From NCBI RefSeq assembly GCF_018350175.1, contig NC_058368.1, forward strand, positions 75,022,001 to 75,086,000: 64,000 nt of DNA, given 5' to 3'. The stretch comes from Felis catus (Eukaryota). Under the pieces are notes generated by a model. It had not been told where the DNA came from. It did no database searches and saw only the letters and a list, made by a program, of their open reading frames with translations. Each line of letters opens with the position of its first letter. Position 1 is the stretch's first letter. Both the position numbers and the translations under genes were made by a program. Below are positions 1 through 12,096 of this stretch, in pieces.

Positions 1-656
1 ATATTCATACACATAATATACACGCTATGTACTTAGTTATTGAAAGTCTTCATTATCAGTCTTTACATTAAGTAATAAAGTTTGATTTTTATTACCTAAA
101 AAAAAATCCTATTTATATCCAGACTTCACTGCATGAAATGAATTTAAGTCCTCTGAGCCATACACACATATCCTATTGTTTTATACAGGAACCTTTAAAA
201 TATATGGAAAGAAACTTCTCATACAAGGTAGCATGCATGTAGGCAATTATGTGTCTCTCCTTCATAAGGGACCTAATGTGAAGGGTTTTCTTGAAAGCAA
301 AGTATAATATATTCTCTCCGAAATGTAGAGACATATCCCAGAAAGTGACTCAAGAGAATGAATTGGTAGGTTAAGCATCCTAATGTTTTCTAACACATAT
401 TTAACAAAGATTCTTGGGTGTACATGTTGCCACAAGAGAGTTCTCAAGTCAAATAAAATTTGATTGATCTTGATGGGAGTACAGAAATATCGTCACTATC
501 AAATGGGCATCAGGATGCTTTGCTGGTCTCTGGGTTGGGCTAAGTGACTGTGGTGCAGAAGGACGCCCTATGAGTGAGCAGGAAGGAGAGGGGTAAATAC
601 TAACTGTCTTTCTCCCCATTGTCTACTTTTCAAAGGCTCTCTCTTTCTCTTTCCAG

Positions 657-727
657 AGAACAATCAACAGGTTGAGTGATTGATTGCCTTAACCATGGTG
701 TGTACACAGTCTAAGAATGGAGGGAAG
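657..727 (+). other. Candidate exon (unverified) with Kozak ATG at 695
   Basis: TACTAAC at 598-604, long pyrimidine tract, TTCCAG acceptor at 655-656, ACCATGG at 692-698, AAG|GTACGG donor at 727/728. Peptide MVCTQSKNGGK not recognised. Confidence 0.25.
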
Positions 728-941
728 GTACGGACGGTATTGATGCAAAGCAATCCTTTAGGTCTATATCATTGTTTTCTTGTGCAAACATTAACAGTAG
801 CCATCAGCTACACACTCCAAGGAGGGAAATAACTGAGTCCCAAAACTGTCACTGCTCCACGTTCTACGTTCCCCTGATTCTTCGCCATGAAGATGACTTT
901 ATTCTGTTAATTGGCGAAGCACGTAATAGCAAGCCCTAAAG

Positions 942-1168
942 AAGTTACTCCCAACCTAAGGTGAATCTGCCCCCACTCCCTGCCCCAGGACATTTGACAA
1001 CATCTGAATCCATGTTTGGTTGTCCTGAGAATGGGTGCTACTTGTATCCAGTGATAGAGACCAAGGATGCTGCCAAAGATCTATAAGGCACAGGACAGAT
1101 TGCCCTACAACAAAGAATTACCTGACCCAAAATGTTAACAGCTCTGCAGTGTGAGTTGGGAGACCCAG
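942..1168 (+). mobile_element. MER20 (hAT-Charlie MITE)
   Basis: GGACATTTGACAACATCTG...GGTGCTACT...AGAGACCAAGGATGCTGCCAAA...CACAGGACAG...ACAACAAAGAATTA...CCCAAAATGT matches recalled MER20 consensus. Confidence 0.85.
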
Positions 1169-2403
1169 GATTGGAAATGTAAAGAGGCTGTCAAAGAAGG
1201 TAACGTGGGGAGAGAGGAAGCAAGGGAAGGACCAAATGGGGGAGAAGGGAAGGGAGAGAAAAACAATCATGAAACATTTGCCAAAGAAATGAGGTAGGAA
1301 TACCTACCTCAGCCATTCTTTTGTGACTTCACATTAATAGTTAAAGTGCAGGTGCATAGACACTGTGCCAAGAGCCATGGTCAATATACAAAACGTCAAT
1401 ATGCTTTTCTTTAGGATTAATAAGCTCAATTTGAACTTTCCTTAATTCAATCTTTTGTTTTCTGAATCTAACCCTATCACAAAAGCCTTCAATCTGTGGA
1501 GTTAACAGGAAAAAAAATTATGAGATACCTCACAACTGAATCAGTTGAAACGCAGAGCTTGAAAATTAATCATCACCAAGAATAAAATTTGTGTTAAAGA
1601 GGAATGCGTTCGTTTGGAAAATGCATAAAACATGGAGAAATAAAACACGGTGTAGGATGCAAAAGAAAGTGATTTAAAATAGCATCTCATACAATTGCAT
1701 TTCATATTGAATTATTAAAATGTTACTTTGTGAGCAAGGCAGCCCTATATATATTGCTGAGAATTGATCATATTAACAAGACACCTTGGAGATAAGAGGG
1801 GTCACAGCTTTGTGGAGCAACTCAGTGGAGCCCTCCGTGGCCATTCTTGGAAGTCTAAGTGCCTACCTGCGTGTCCTAACAATCAGGTCAAAGCTCCTTT
1901 CTCTCTCTCAGTTACTTGCTAACAGAGAAACACAGGGAAATACCAGAAGAAACGGCAGGAAATTAGCTTCTTATTACCAAATGGATTATTCTACTGATGA
2001 TCCAAATTATATATTCATTTTTGCCTTACCATTTGAACGTTCAATTGAACGATCAGTCACTTAATATGAAGTGTATCAAAAATCTCACTGGATAATTTAT
2101 TTTCCCTTAAAAAAGTAGACTGTAGCATAATGAAATCATTTACATTTAAGTCAGTTGAGTGCCCCGGGAACGTACATGTCATCATATTTAGTTGTTAGAG
2201 CAAACATGGTGACACATTATTTTGATACTCAATTTCAACCAATGAGGAATTCAGTTACCAGGAACGCAAAATCCTCAGAGAGAAGGGAAGATCACATAGT
2301 CTGTCTTGCATTGTATGGTAGGTTTGACTAAACTTAAGCACAACTGGGCTCCCGATTTGACTTGCTTGCTTTGTCTATCTAAAGATTCATAATATATATA
2401 TAT

Positions 2404-2626
2404 TTTTTTTAATTTTTTTTCAATGTTTTTTATTTATTTTGGGGACAGAGAGAGACAGAGCATGAACGGGGGAGGGGCAGAGAGAGAGGGAGACACAGAA
2501 TCGGAAACAGGCTCCAGGCTCCGAGCCATCAGCCCGGAGCCTGACGCGGGGCTCGAACTCACGGACCGCGAGATCGTGACCTGGCTGAAGTCGGACGCTT
2601 AACCGACTGCGCCACCCAGGCGCCCC
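2404..2626 (-). mobile_element. CanSINE, young felid SINEC_Fc type
   Basis: Full tRNA-like head (GGGGCGCCTGGGTGGCGCAGTCGGTTAAG), CT-rich region and A tail. Short TSD TATATTTT. Confidence 0.97.
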
Positions 2627-3097
2627 TATATTTTGACAGCTTTATAACAGCCTTTCTGTAGGGACAGTACAGGTCTCAGAAGACTTGCAAAATTAAATAT
2701 ACAGGATATATTTTTAGATACTGAAAATGTAGCAAGATTGCTCATTGTAAACTAATTTTTCGCAGTTTCCCATAATTTAAGTCTTGCCTGTTAGGGTGGT
2801 ATCTTTTTAGAAGAATTTGTAATTGTGTAACATAATTCTTGAAATACAAAATTTCAATTTGCAATGATAGCTTTGAGGTAAGCTCAGTTTAAGTAACAAT
2901 ACCTTTATTAATCTCAAAATCCTTAAAATTATTTGTTTAAGTAAATTTTTGACATAAACATTAACTGTGTTTAAATCAATTTCAATTCTCCAGAATAAAC
3001 AGAGTATTGCATAAATCAGAGTTATGTTTAGAAATAACTGTTTAAGAGAATCTTATTTGGAAGGTAGCTGGCAGATTTCTGGTTTTATTTAGTTGTT

Positions 3098-3442
3098 TAA
3101 AAATCACTTTATTCAAGTATGATTGACATGCAAACAAGCTACACGTGTTTAATATATACGACTCGCGGAACCTGGCTGGCTCATCAGTAGGCCATGGGAG
3201 TTTTGATATTGGGGTCTTGAGTCAAGCCCCACATTGGGTGTAGAGCTCACAAAAAAATATACATAAAAATAATGTATACAACTTAATGAGTTGGGAGATA
3301 ACTATACACACGGAACGATTAGCACAGTCAATGCCATAATCCATCTAAAAGCTTTCACCTCCAAAAATTTTCTCCCACCGCTTCTTGTGTGTGTGATAAG
3401 AACCCAAGATAATATTTTGTACCCTTTTAGAGAAATTTTAAA
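3098..3442 (-). mobile_element. L1 3' end (L1MA9-like), interrupted by a SINE
   Basis: GATTGACATGCAAACAAGCTACACGTGTTTAAT...CACCTCCAAAAATTTTCTCC...TGTGATAAGAAC resembles antisense L1MA 3' UTR. Confidence 0.75.
3165..3270 (+). mobile_element. Old short CanSINE (SINEC_b-like)
   Basis: CCTGGCTGGCTCA...GAGTCAAGCCCCACATTGGGTGTAGAG plus A tail. Degenerate TSD AATATATACGACT / AATGTATACAACT. Confidence 0.8.
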
Positions 3443-3714
3443 CAAAAATAGACAAATGGAATTATATCTAACTAAAAAGCTTTCACAGAGCAAAATAAAC
3501 AACAATGTGAAAAGACAACCTGTGGAATAGGAGAAAATGTTTGCAAACCATGTATCTGGTAAAGAGTTAATATCAAAATATGTGACAACATCTACAGTTG
3601 AGTAGCAAATAAACAAATAACCCAAATTTTAAATATGGGCAAAGGACATTTCTCCAAAGCAGACACACATGGCAATGGGTATTTGGAAAGGTATTCCACA
3701 TTACTAATCATCAG
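3443..3714 (+). mobile_element. L1 ORF2 C-terminal fragment (degenerate)
   Basis: AAAATAGACAAATGG...CTAAAAAGCTT...AGACAACCT..GAATAGGAGAAAATGTTTGCAAACCAT...CATTACTAATCATCAG. Confidence 0.85.
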
Positions 3715-3728
3715 ACTCTTCTTTTAAA

Positions 3729-3946
3729 AAAAAATTTTTTTTTCAACGTTTATTTGTTTTTGGGACAGAGAGAGACAGAGCATGAATGGGGGAGGGGCAG
3801 AGAGAGAGGGAGACACAGAATCAGAAACAGGCTCCAGGCTCCGAGCCATCAGCCCAGAGCCCGACGTGGGGCTGGAACTCACGGACCGCAAGATCGTGAC
3901 CTGGCTGAAGTCGGACGCTTAACCGACTGCGCCACCCAGGCGCCCC
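3729..3946 (-). mobile_element. CanSINE, young SINEC_Fc type
   Basis: Full length. Perfect 17-bp TSD CAGACTCTTCTTTTAAA (3712-3728 / 3947-3963). Confidence 0.97.
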
Positions 3947-4274
3947 CAGACTCTTCTTTTAAATTAACAACAACAACAACAACAACAACAAAGGTGACTC
4001 AGTTCATTTCATTTCATAGCTTTTTCTCAAGGATCATTGTCTGATAACTCATACTACAGTAATTGCCCTAACAGTTGAAGACTTGAAACTCATTGCTGGT
4101 ATTTTTATTACTCTTGTTTGATTTTGTAACACCTTTACCTGTCACAATATATATTAAAGTCTGCACATCATATGTGTGTGATACATTTTAAATTAACACG
4201 ATAAAAATTTTGTTTTGTGTCCAAAATCATTGGATACAATTAACAGTGCCTAGAGGCCCGGAAAGCCAGCCCAG

Positions 4275-4490
4275 TTTTTTTTTTTTTCAACGTTTATTTA
4301 TTTTTGGAACAGAGAGAGACAGAGCATGAACGGGGGAGGGGCAGAGAGAGAGGGAGACACAGAATCGGAAACAGGCTCCAGGCTCTGAGCCATCAGCCCA
4401 GAGCCCGACGCGGGGCTTGAACTCACGGACTGCGAGATCGTGACCTGGCTGAAGTCGGACGCTTAGCCGACTATGCCGCCCAGTCGCCCC
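4275..4490 (-). mobile_element. CanSINE, young SINEC_Fc type
   Basis: Full length. TSD CCAGCCCAGTTTTT (4266 / 4491). Confidence 0.97.
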
Positions 4491-4549
4491 CCAGCCCAGT
4501 TTTTAAAAAGTACTACTTTATACCATTACAAGATTAACATGAATAGATT

Positions 4550-5132
4550 ACTCATTATTGGAAAAACTTAGAAGCAACCAAGATATCCTTCAATAGGTGA
4601 GTAGATAATAAACTATGGTGCATCCAGACAATGGACTATTATTCAGCACTAAAAAGAAATGCGAGCAAAGACTTGATGGAACCTTAATGCACAAAGCCAA
4701 CCTGAAAAGACTACATGCTGTGTGATTCCAAATATATGGCATTCTGGACAAGGCACACAACTAGGGAGACAGTAAAAAGATGGGTGACTTTCGGGGGCTT
4801 GTGAGGCAGGGACTGAAGGATGGATAGGTAGAAGACAGAGATTTCTAGAGAAGTGAAAACCCTCTGTGTGCTATGGTAATGGTGATCGCATGTCCCATTG
4901 GTCAAAACCCACAGGATACACAACACAAACAGGGAACCCCAATATAACTATGGACTTCTGTTCATGATATGTCAATATTGACTCGCTAATTTTAACAAAT
5001 GTACTGAACTCATGGAAGATGTAGAGAATGGCGGCCACTAGGAAGGGTGAAATAAACGGGCATTGTCTTTGCTTCCTGCTGAAGTTTTCTGGAACCTTGA
5101 AACCACTCAAAAATAAAGTCTATTAATTAAAA
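4550..5132 (+). mobile_element. L1MC1/L1MC2-like 3' end
   Basis: GAAGCAACCAAGAT.TCCTTCAATAGGTGA...CATCCAGACAATGG...GATTCCAA.TATATG.CATTCTGGA...GGAGACAGTAAAAAGA...AATAAAGTCTATTAA. Confidence 0.85.
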
Positions 5133-6829
5133 TAACAAAACACGAATTTATACTATTAATAGATTCTCTTGCAAGAGAAGCATACTATTTTATGATACAC
5201 TTATCATACTGATTCAATGCCCCCTCAGATGGATCACATGGTGATACCCTTCAGATGTTGGGCACTGTTTGCTATTCAAGTGATTATGCACGTATGTGTG
5301 CATGCGTGTGTGTGAGTTAGGTGTGTGTGTGTCCAAGAGACACTGAAGACATTACACACCCTTGTTGTTTGATATGGTACACAGTTTGTGCTTTTAATGG
5401 CTAAAGAAATGACCCAGTGAACTTGCTTGGGTTTTTTGTTTGTTTGTTTCCTTTTGTTTGGATGTTGTTGCTGTTGTTTTTAATCTGCATTAAAAAGTCA
5501 ATGTTACACGTATCATAATAGACTATATTTTAAATTGGAAGCCATAACCAGCCAAAAAAAAAAAAAGGTCATACCTTCAAATGAAAAACAAAATTAACCT
5601 TGGAAGTTAAACACAACACAGTATGCTAAGTAAAGATGTTTTTCTGTACAGCAAGAAGATCTATGAAAATGAATCCAGCTAATTACTAAAGTAGCATGTT
5701 GTCTGTGGCTAATGTAAATTCTGAGAGCCATTAACTTTTTAGATACACAAAGGGAGTCATATCATTTTACTTTGTTTATAACAAAATGCATTCTTTACAA
5801 TTGTGATTATAACGTATTGAGGCACTTTCTTAATTTTTAGCTACAAGCTAAAAAAATAAATGGTATTCTTAGAAATTACATATAAATATATACATGTTCA
5901 TACGCTTCCATCTCAAAAGCAATGACTGTGGTTGTGAAAATAGATTACTTCCAAAATTAGTGAATTATTCATATTCAAGAAAATTAAATTGTCATTTTTC
6001 TCATGTGAATTGTGGTTTATGAATAAGAACTGTGCAGATATAAATTTGGTTTAGATACAGAATCAGATACGGTATAATCTTGTAGAAAAGAGCAAAATGA
6101 TCTTGGCATAACATATTTAATATTTGTGTATCAATTATAGTTCCATACTTTAGAATTTACCTCTCTTAGGTTACTTTAGTTACTAACTTTCGAAACAAAT
6201 CTTAACTAGAATTTTATCAGAGTAAAATAACATTTCCTTCTTCATCTGGCTTTCTAATGAATATCTCTGAGTTATTGAATAAATCAGTGCAAACTGAGCC
6301 ATGAAATAGAACATGTTGATGATCATATTTAATAATATTATCAATAATGCAATATTGTCATTCAAAATTTTACGTCAACACATATCTCACTGCAGTGATA
6401 TATGCACATTGATTTTTAGCTCTTTAAATATGATTTCTGAAGACCTTTCAGTACATCTAATATCTTCTAGTAGTTGCATATTCACTGTATAGTTCCATTA
6501 TAATTCCAAAATACAGTATAAATGGGCTTCTTTAATTCTTCCTTGGATCTCCACAATCTAATTTTGCTGTATTTAGCAAGTAAAGAGGATATGGGAGTGA
6601 GGTCAATGGATTTTTTTTATGCCAGTTTGTAACTGTTCCCTCTGCGTGTGTGCATGCGTGTGTGCACGCGTGTGCATTCATGTGGGTATAGATGTGCATA
6701 ATGACCAATTTTAAATTGTGAAAGAGGTAGCCAGGTTGAAATTCTCTGTCTCTGACTCTTGTGTCTCTCCCCCTCTCTGAAACCGTGTGACAACATGGGC
6801 AGAGGTATTAGAACGAGCAAATGAGTCTG

Positions 6830-6990
6830 AAAACTTCAATGGTATCTCTATCCTTCCGTTTCTTTGTTCTGTCATCCCGGGTAAGGCCCTTTAACTTTCT
6901 AAGACTCAGTATACTTCTTTATAAATCAGGTTTAGTAATGCTTTACCTGTATCACGGAGGCAGATATGAGGCTGGCTGAAATGCTATGAA
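6830..6990 (+). mobile_element. MIR fragment
   Basis: TTAACTTTCTAAGACTCAGT.TACTTCTTTATAAA core-like sequence. Confidence 0.5.
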
Positions 6991-7485
6991 AATAGGTTAC
7001 AAATCTCTAAGATACAACACAAAGGGAAATCATTATTAATCTTGAATTTTAAATGTTTGTTATGACTACTACTGGACCTTATCAACTGAGGCTGTATCAG
7101 GAAACTCAGACGGGTAAGGTAGGTATCAGAGAGAAGGAAATCAGCATTAGATACAACATATGGTTGTTTCAGCAAGTAAGGCATATCTAGGGCCAAGAGA
7201 ACCTTCCAGAAAATAATAAGTGGAAGTCAAAGGGATGGGGCTACTGAGATCATGAGGTAGCTGCTACAGGTAATGGTGCCTTTGTAAGGAAGGCTGAGGT
7301 TAAGGAGATATCCTGGGACCTGGTGAACCCCTTGAGGAAGGACAGTGAGTGCTGATATTCGGTTACAATGTGTTCTGGACTGAAAAGCAAGGCAAAGTCA
7401 GACGAAAGAAAATAACCCTTAGAATGAATTACTATAACTGAAATATTAAACTAGCCATTTCCAATTGAGAAAAAAGAAAAAACAA

Positions 7486-7675
7486 GGGGTGCCTGGGTTC
7501 CTCAGTCAGTTAAGTGTCCAACTCTTGATTTTTGGCTCAGGTCATGATCTCAGGATATTGAGCCCCAGTGTCGGCCTCTGTGCTGACAGTGTGCAGCTCG
7601 CTTGGGATTCTCGCTTTCTGCCCCTCCCTCCCTCCCTCTCTGTCTCTCGAAATAAATAGATAAACTTTAAAAAAA
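7486..7675 (+). mobile_element. CanSINE (older feliform type)
   Basis: GGGGTGCCTGGG...CTCAGTCAGTTAAGTGTCCAACTCTTGATT...GCTCAGGTCATGATCTC...AATAAA. Confidence 0.92.
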
Positions 7676-8013
7676 GAGAGAGAGAAAAGTCAAATGTCTG
7701 GTTACTATGAAAATCATACATTTTATTTCAACCTTCTAAACGTGTCCTTCCAGGAATAAAAACATTTGTAGACCCCATCAACCACCTAAAGTAAATAATA
7801 GCATTGTTAAGTGTCAAAGTAAATTTACAGGTAACCTTCTATGATCTTTCCATGATTTGCTGTAACAAGGGCTGTTTCGAAGACGTTACAGAGAAGAAAA
7901 CTCATAAATGCTGGAGTACCTGTTGTCACTCTTGCGTTTGCTTTGGCAGCGAGAAAGTGGGTTTCATGTCACTTAAAAATATGACCTAATTTTAAAAATA
8001 CACATTATTTAAA

Positions 8014-8226
8014 TTTTTTTTTTCAACGTTTATTTATTTTTGGGACAGAGAGAGACAGAGCATGAACGGGGGAGGGGCAGAGAGAGAGGGAGACACAGAA
8101 TCGGAAACAGGCTCCAGGCTCTGAGCCATCAGCCCAGAGCCCAACGCGGGGCTCGAACTCACAGACCGCGAGATCGTGACCTGGCTGAAGTCGGACGCTT
8201 AACCGACTGCGCCACCCAGGCGCCCC
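8014..8226 (-). mobile_element. CanSINE, young SINEC_Fc type
   Basis: Full length. Perfect 20-bp TSD AAAAATACACATTATTTAAA (7994-8013 / 8227-8246). Confidence 0.97.
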
Positions 8227-8517
8227 AAAAATACACATTATTTAAAAACAACACTCACGGAGTGGGCAGAATCAATTATGTAAAGCGAGGAGTACGAGTA
8301 AAATCTCTTCATTGCAAATCAAATGGCATTGACTTTAACCTCAGTAATTTACGTTTGGAGACGATTAGAGAGAGGCCCACAGGAACTGACAGAGTTCTTG
8401 AGAATAGAAATTACATTTTATATGCCATCTTTTAAAACGTGTTACTGAATTTTTCTGAACAGTCATTAGGTCAGAAAACCAAATGGTCTCTTTAGCTAAA
8501 AAAGGTCAAAAGCAAAT

Positions 8518-8559
<42 letters not shown>

Positions 8560-8564
8560 TATAT
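8518..8564. repeat. (TA)n microsatellite
   Basis: Direct observation, one G interruption. Confidence 0.95.
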
Positions 8565-9386
8565 CAGTATTTCAAGGCAAATTAAATCTGGCCTCTGATT
8601 TCAGTAGACTACTAGGGAAATAGTGGCCACTTCCTGTATATAATGACTGCGAATATGGACACACACATCTATGGGTAAGTGGGAAGGAAAGATATATTTC
8701 TCTCCTGAAACTACCAAATATGTACCTAGCCCCCAGAGATTGTAAACCTCACATAAAAATCAGACTCAAGTGCTTAATAAAAGTTGTAAAACAGTGATTC
8801 AAACGAAGTTGGAAAAAAATAATGATTCATACTTTGAAAACCAGGCTTAGCTCAATATCAAAAATATATATTGTTGAGAACTTTTCATTCAATTCAAACT
8901 GAAACTAAATGGAAATAAACAAATTACCTAGAGGGATAATTTTTACTGGGTTCTTACCTGATTTTGTGGGAGAAGAACGAGAAGAAGTTAATAGACCATG
9001 AACACGCAGCAAAACAGTAAATATACATAGGTCCCATTCCTGGATTTGCACATAGAAGCAAATATTTTTGTCGTATGTCTAGTACCCAAAGCATAAAAGA
9101 TCTCTTTGGAGGACCTCTTTGGATACAGTTTGGCAATAAAGCAAAATTGCCAGACGGGAAGAAAGAATACAAATTGTATTTTGTCTTGTATGTTAGGTTT
9201 TACCAAACTTCAACACAATTGGTTCCCTGATTTACTCTGCTTGCCGTGTTCCCCAATTTGATGCCAGAGCAAAATCTAGAGCAAAATGGAAAATCTATAC
9301 CCTAGGTCACTTATCTCACAGGATGGAAATGTGAGATTGCCATTCATGAGCAATATACAGGTATCATTCCAAAACTGATTCTCTTT

Positions 9387-9590
9387 GGTTAGTTATCTCA
9401 GCTGATTAGAGCAAGTTTTTAATGAAGTTTAGACCACAGACCGTGAATATTGAGAGTGTAGTCTCAGTCCCTAAAAGGAGCCTTTAACTTCGATACTTTC
9501 CTTCCAAGGACATTTCACCCATTTTAACTAGTAATTTTATAAGCAAAAGTAGGCCAAACAGAATGGATTATTATCTACAAAGATGATCAA
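9387..9590 (+). mobile_element. MamSINE1-like ancient tRNA-derived SINE relic
   Basis: GGTTAGTTATCTCAGCTGATTAGAGC matches a tRNA-Ile-like head (GGCCRGTTAGCTCAGTTGGTTAGAGC) at about 20/26. Downstream TTAACTTCG...TTCC and GGAT...CAAA...ATCA fit the recalled MamSINE1 body. Confidence 0.5.
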
Positions 9591-9952
9591 ACAGGTTTAA
9601 TTTAATGACTGATAGATTACTGTTTACTCCTACAAATCACCTAAGATGACAGCAGAGAGACCATTAAAATTTTTTGAACTAAAATAATATTGGGAACTAG
9701 GTGGTACACAGAGAAAATTTTTAGTATAACTTGAAATTATTGGCTGGTTAGGGCTTCCGGATGGATGGCCCAAAAGTTAGAACCAATGGTTCGTGTATAT
9801 ACTTCTCTGAATCCCCTTTGCAATTTCATCCAAATGGAGTGCCTTCAGGGTGACACTTCCTGGACCGCCTCCCACCCCCTCCCACACACAGCACATGATG
9901 GCAGTTCTGTGTTTGCATTTCTTCTGTCTCATATTAATCCAAAAATCTAGAT

Positions 9953-10165
9953 GAATGGTTGACAAACTACAGCCAGCTAGCTAAATCTGGCCGGCCACCT
10001 GTTCTTGTAAATAAATTTTACTGAAATGTGGCTATGCCCATTGGTTTCCATATTATGTCTAGGTTTGTATTGTTCTGAAAGAGTTGAGGAGTAGCGGGAA
10101 TACCACATATTCTTCAAATCTGAAGATATTTACTATATGCTCCTTTACAGTTGGGCCAACCTCTG
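9953..10165 (+). mobile_element. MER58A (hAT-Charlie MITE)
   Basis: GGTTGACAAACTAC.GCC...AAATCTGGCC.GCCACCTGTT.TTGTAAATAAA...ATATTTACTAT...CCTTTACAG...GCCAACCTCTG. Confidence 0.85.
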
Positions 10166-11619
10166 ATAAAGATTTTAAGACATAGACAAGAGACTCTTTT
10201 CCTCCCTCTACACAGTGGCGCCATTAATGCCTTAATAATCCCTGTGTTTAGAACCGCCTGACCCCACCAAACACATACAATGGTCCCTCCCGTTTCTTTT
10301 CTCTTTGCCTTAAAAATTAAAGGCCTAATTTAGAGATTTGAAAATCAAAAGAAATAAAAGATTTGAAAAACTGTTGTTAAAGTTTTGTCAAGGGGTAACA
10401 TGAAGCATTTCGTATTGAGCCCATGTTCCCACTAAGAACAACAAGAAAATAATTCACAAAAACTACACCTCCCCCCTGCCACTCTTTGTTATCTCTTTAG
10501 AAAAATTCTCTTACAATTTTTTTTTCTTATAGGAATCCTAGAATATATTCTTTATGACTATCGATGAGCCCCATATTTTTTTGATCAAGGGTAAAAATTT
10601 CCAAAGAACGGATAAAAAAGAACCGTACAAGTGATTTTTGGAATCACTGAGAATTGTTCTTGCCATAGGGATAATTAAAAGGTTTTGAAATACATCAAAA
10701 GTTTAAACTTAGGAAGTTTGTACTTGAATTGCACTCAAATTAAGGATGTTTTGTTTGTTTTCTCATGATGACCTATAACACATATGAAAAACAAAATGCT
10801 CTGGAAGGTTTAGGAGATGATTTTTGCAATAAGGGAAACATTAATGAGGAACTTCTCAAAGAAATGGAAGAAGGTCCGGTGTTCATTGAGAGAGGAGAAC
10901 AAGAAACTCATTCACAAGTCTATGGACATTATGTGGAAGAATGGAGATAGTTTACCTGGGTCATTGAGAAAGGGTAGAGCTGGGTACTTCTCTCAGAATA
11001 CTCAGGAAGTATGATGATGCTTTGAACTTAGCAGCCTCTTGGGGGCAAAGAAAATAGGCAGGGAGATTTCTCAACCATGTTGTTTTCCTGGACCACAGGA
11101 CTTAGATAAATTCAATATTATGTTGCAGATATGCTATGTAAAGAACAAAGCAATTAAATAACAAATAAATATACATATAAATAATGAAATAAGTAATAAC
11201 CTATCAATTATTCTTCACGTTAAATCACATCATTGTAAATCTTTGGCATCATGAACTTTAATCACATTGGTTAACATGTAACTTTTGATAGAAGATAACT
11301 ACTACCAAGTTCCAAATGCATTTTCATTTATTTATGGTCACAGACAGTGTTCACAGCACTAAGAATTAACAAACCAAATGATGGTCCTGTTTGAAGTGCT
11401 GAAGATATCTGAACTGTGAATGTAGAAAATATTCTTAGATTTGTAAATGATAGAAATAGTTATATATCCCAAAGCCTAAAACTTTTTGCAAATACGTAAA
11501 AGATTTCCAAGACGCGATGGATATTATTCAGAAATGGGACTACTACCTTGGACAAAATAGTTGGTGTATTTCTCTCTCCATGTATGAGGAAATCTAGGAA
11601 GACGATGCTATTTTCACTA

Positions 11620-12096
11620 TCGGTATAATTGCTGTCGTGTATTTTTACAACAGCATTTTGCTGATCTTGCCGTGAAACATGGAATGCATTTCTCTTCTGG
11701 AATCTGGCCTGGACAAATGGCTTGCTTGACCAATAGAATATGGCAAAAGAGACGCTACACAAATTCGAGCTCCAGATGTCAAAGAGTTTCACAGTTTCCC
11801 CCATCCACATCTTAGAACACTACCCTGAGACCCTTAGTGGAGGAAACTGAGCTGGCTTCCCGACGATGAGGAAACCAACCCAAGACTTCGAGGCAACTGA
11901 CTGCACAGACCACAAGATCTAGGAGAAAAGCTCCTTGGCTCCCACCCTGTCACCCTGCAAGTGCCTGAGCACGGCCAGGCGGGAGTAGCACAGGACCACC
12001 CAGCAATTTGCGGAATGATGAGAGGCTACAAATCACGCTATTTGAAGCTACCAGAAATTGGAGTGTGTATTTAAATAGCAATGGCTAATTGCAGCA
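11620..12096 (+). mobile_element. MaLR solo LTR (MLT1G/H-like)
   Basis: GAATCTGG.CTGG...GCTTGCTTGACCAATAGAATATGGCA.AAG near the 5' end and TTT.AAGCTAC...TTGGAGTG....TAGCAAT.GCTAA at the 3' end. Confidence 0.7.

Noticed and set aside
1290..1311. let-7 miRNA gene
   Set aside because: Only 8-10 nt match. The GGTTGTATAGTT 3' half and a pre-miRNA-sized hairpin are absent.
8040..8435. Recurrent ORFs such as GRGRERGRHRIGNRLQA and MAQSV..PTSAQV (also 3754, 36424, 57696 and others)
   Set aside because: They are translations of CanSINE sequence, not genes.
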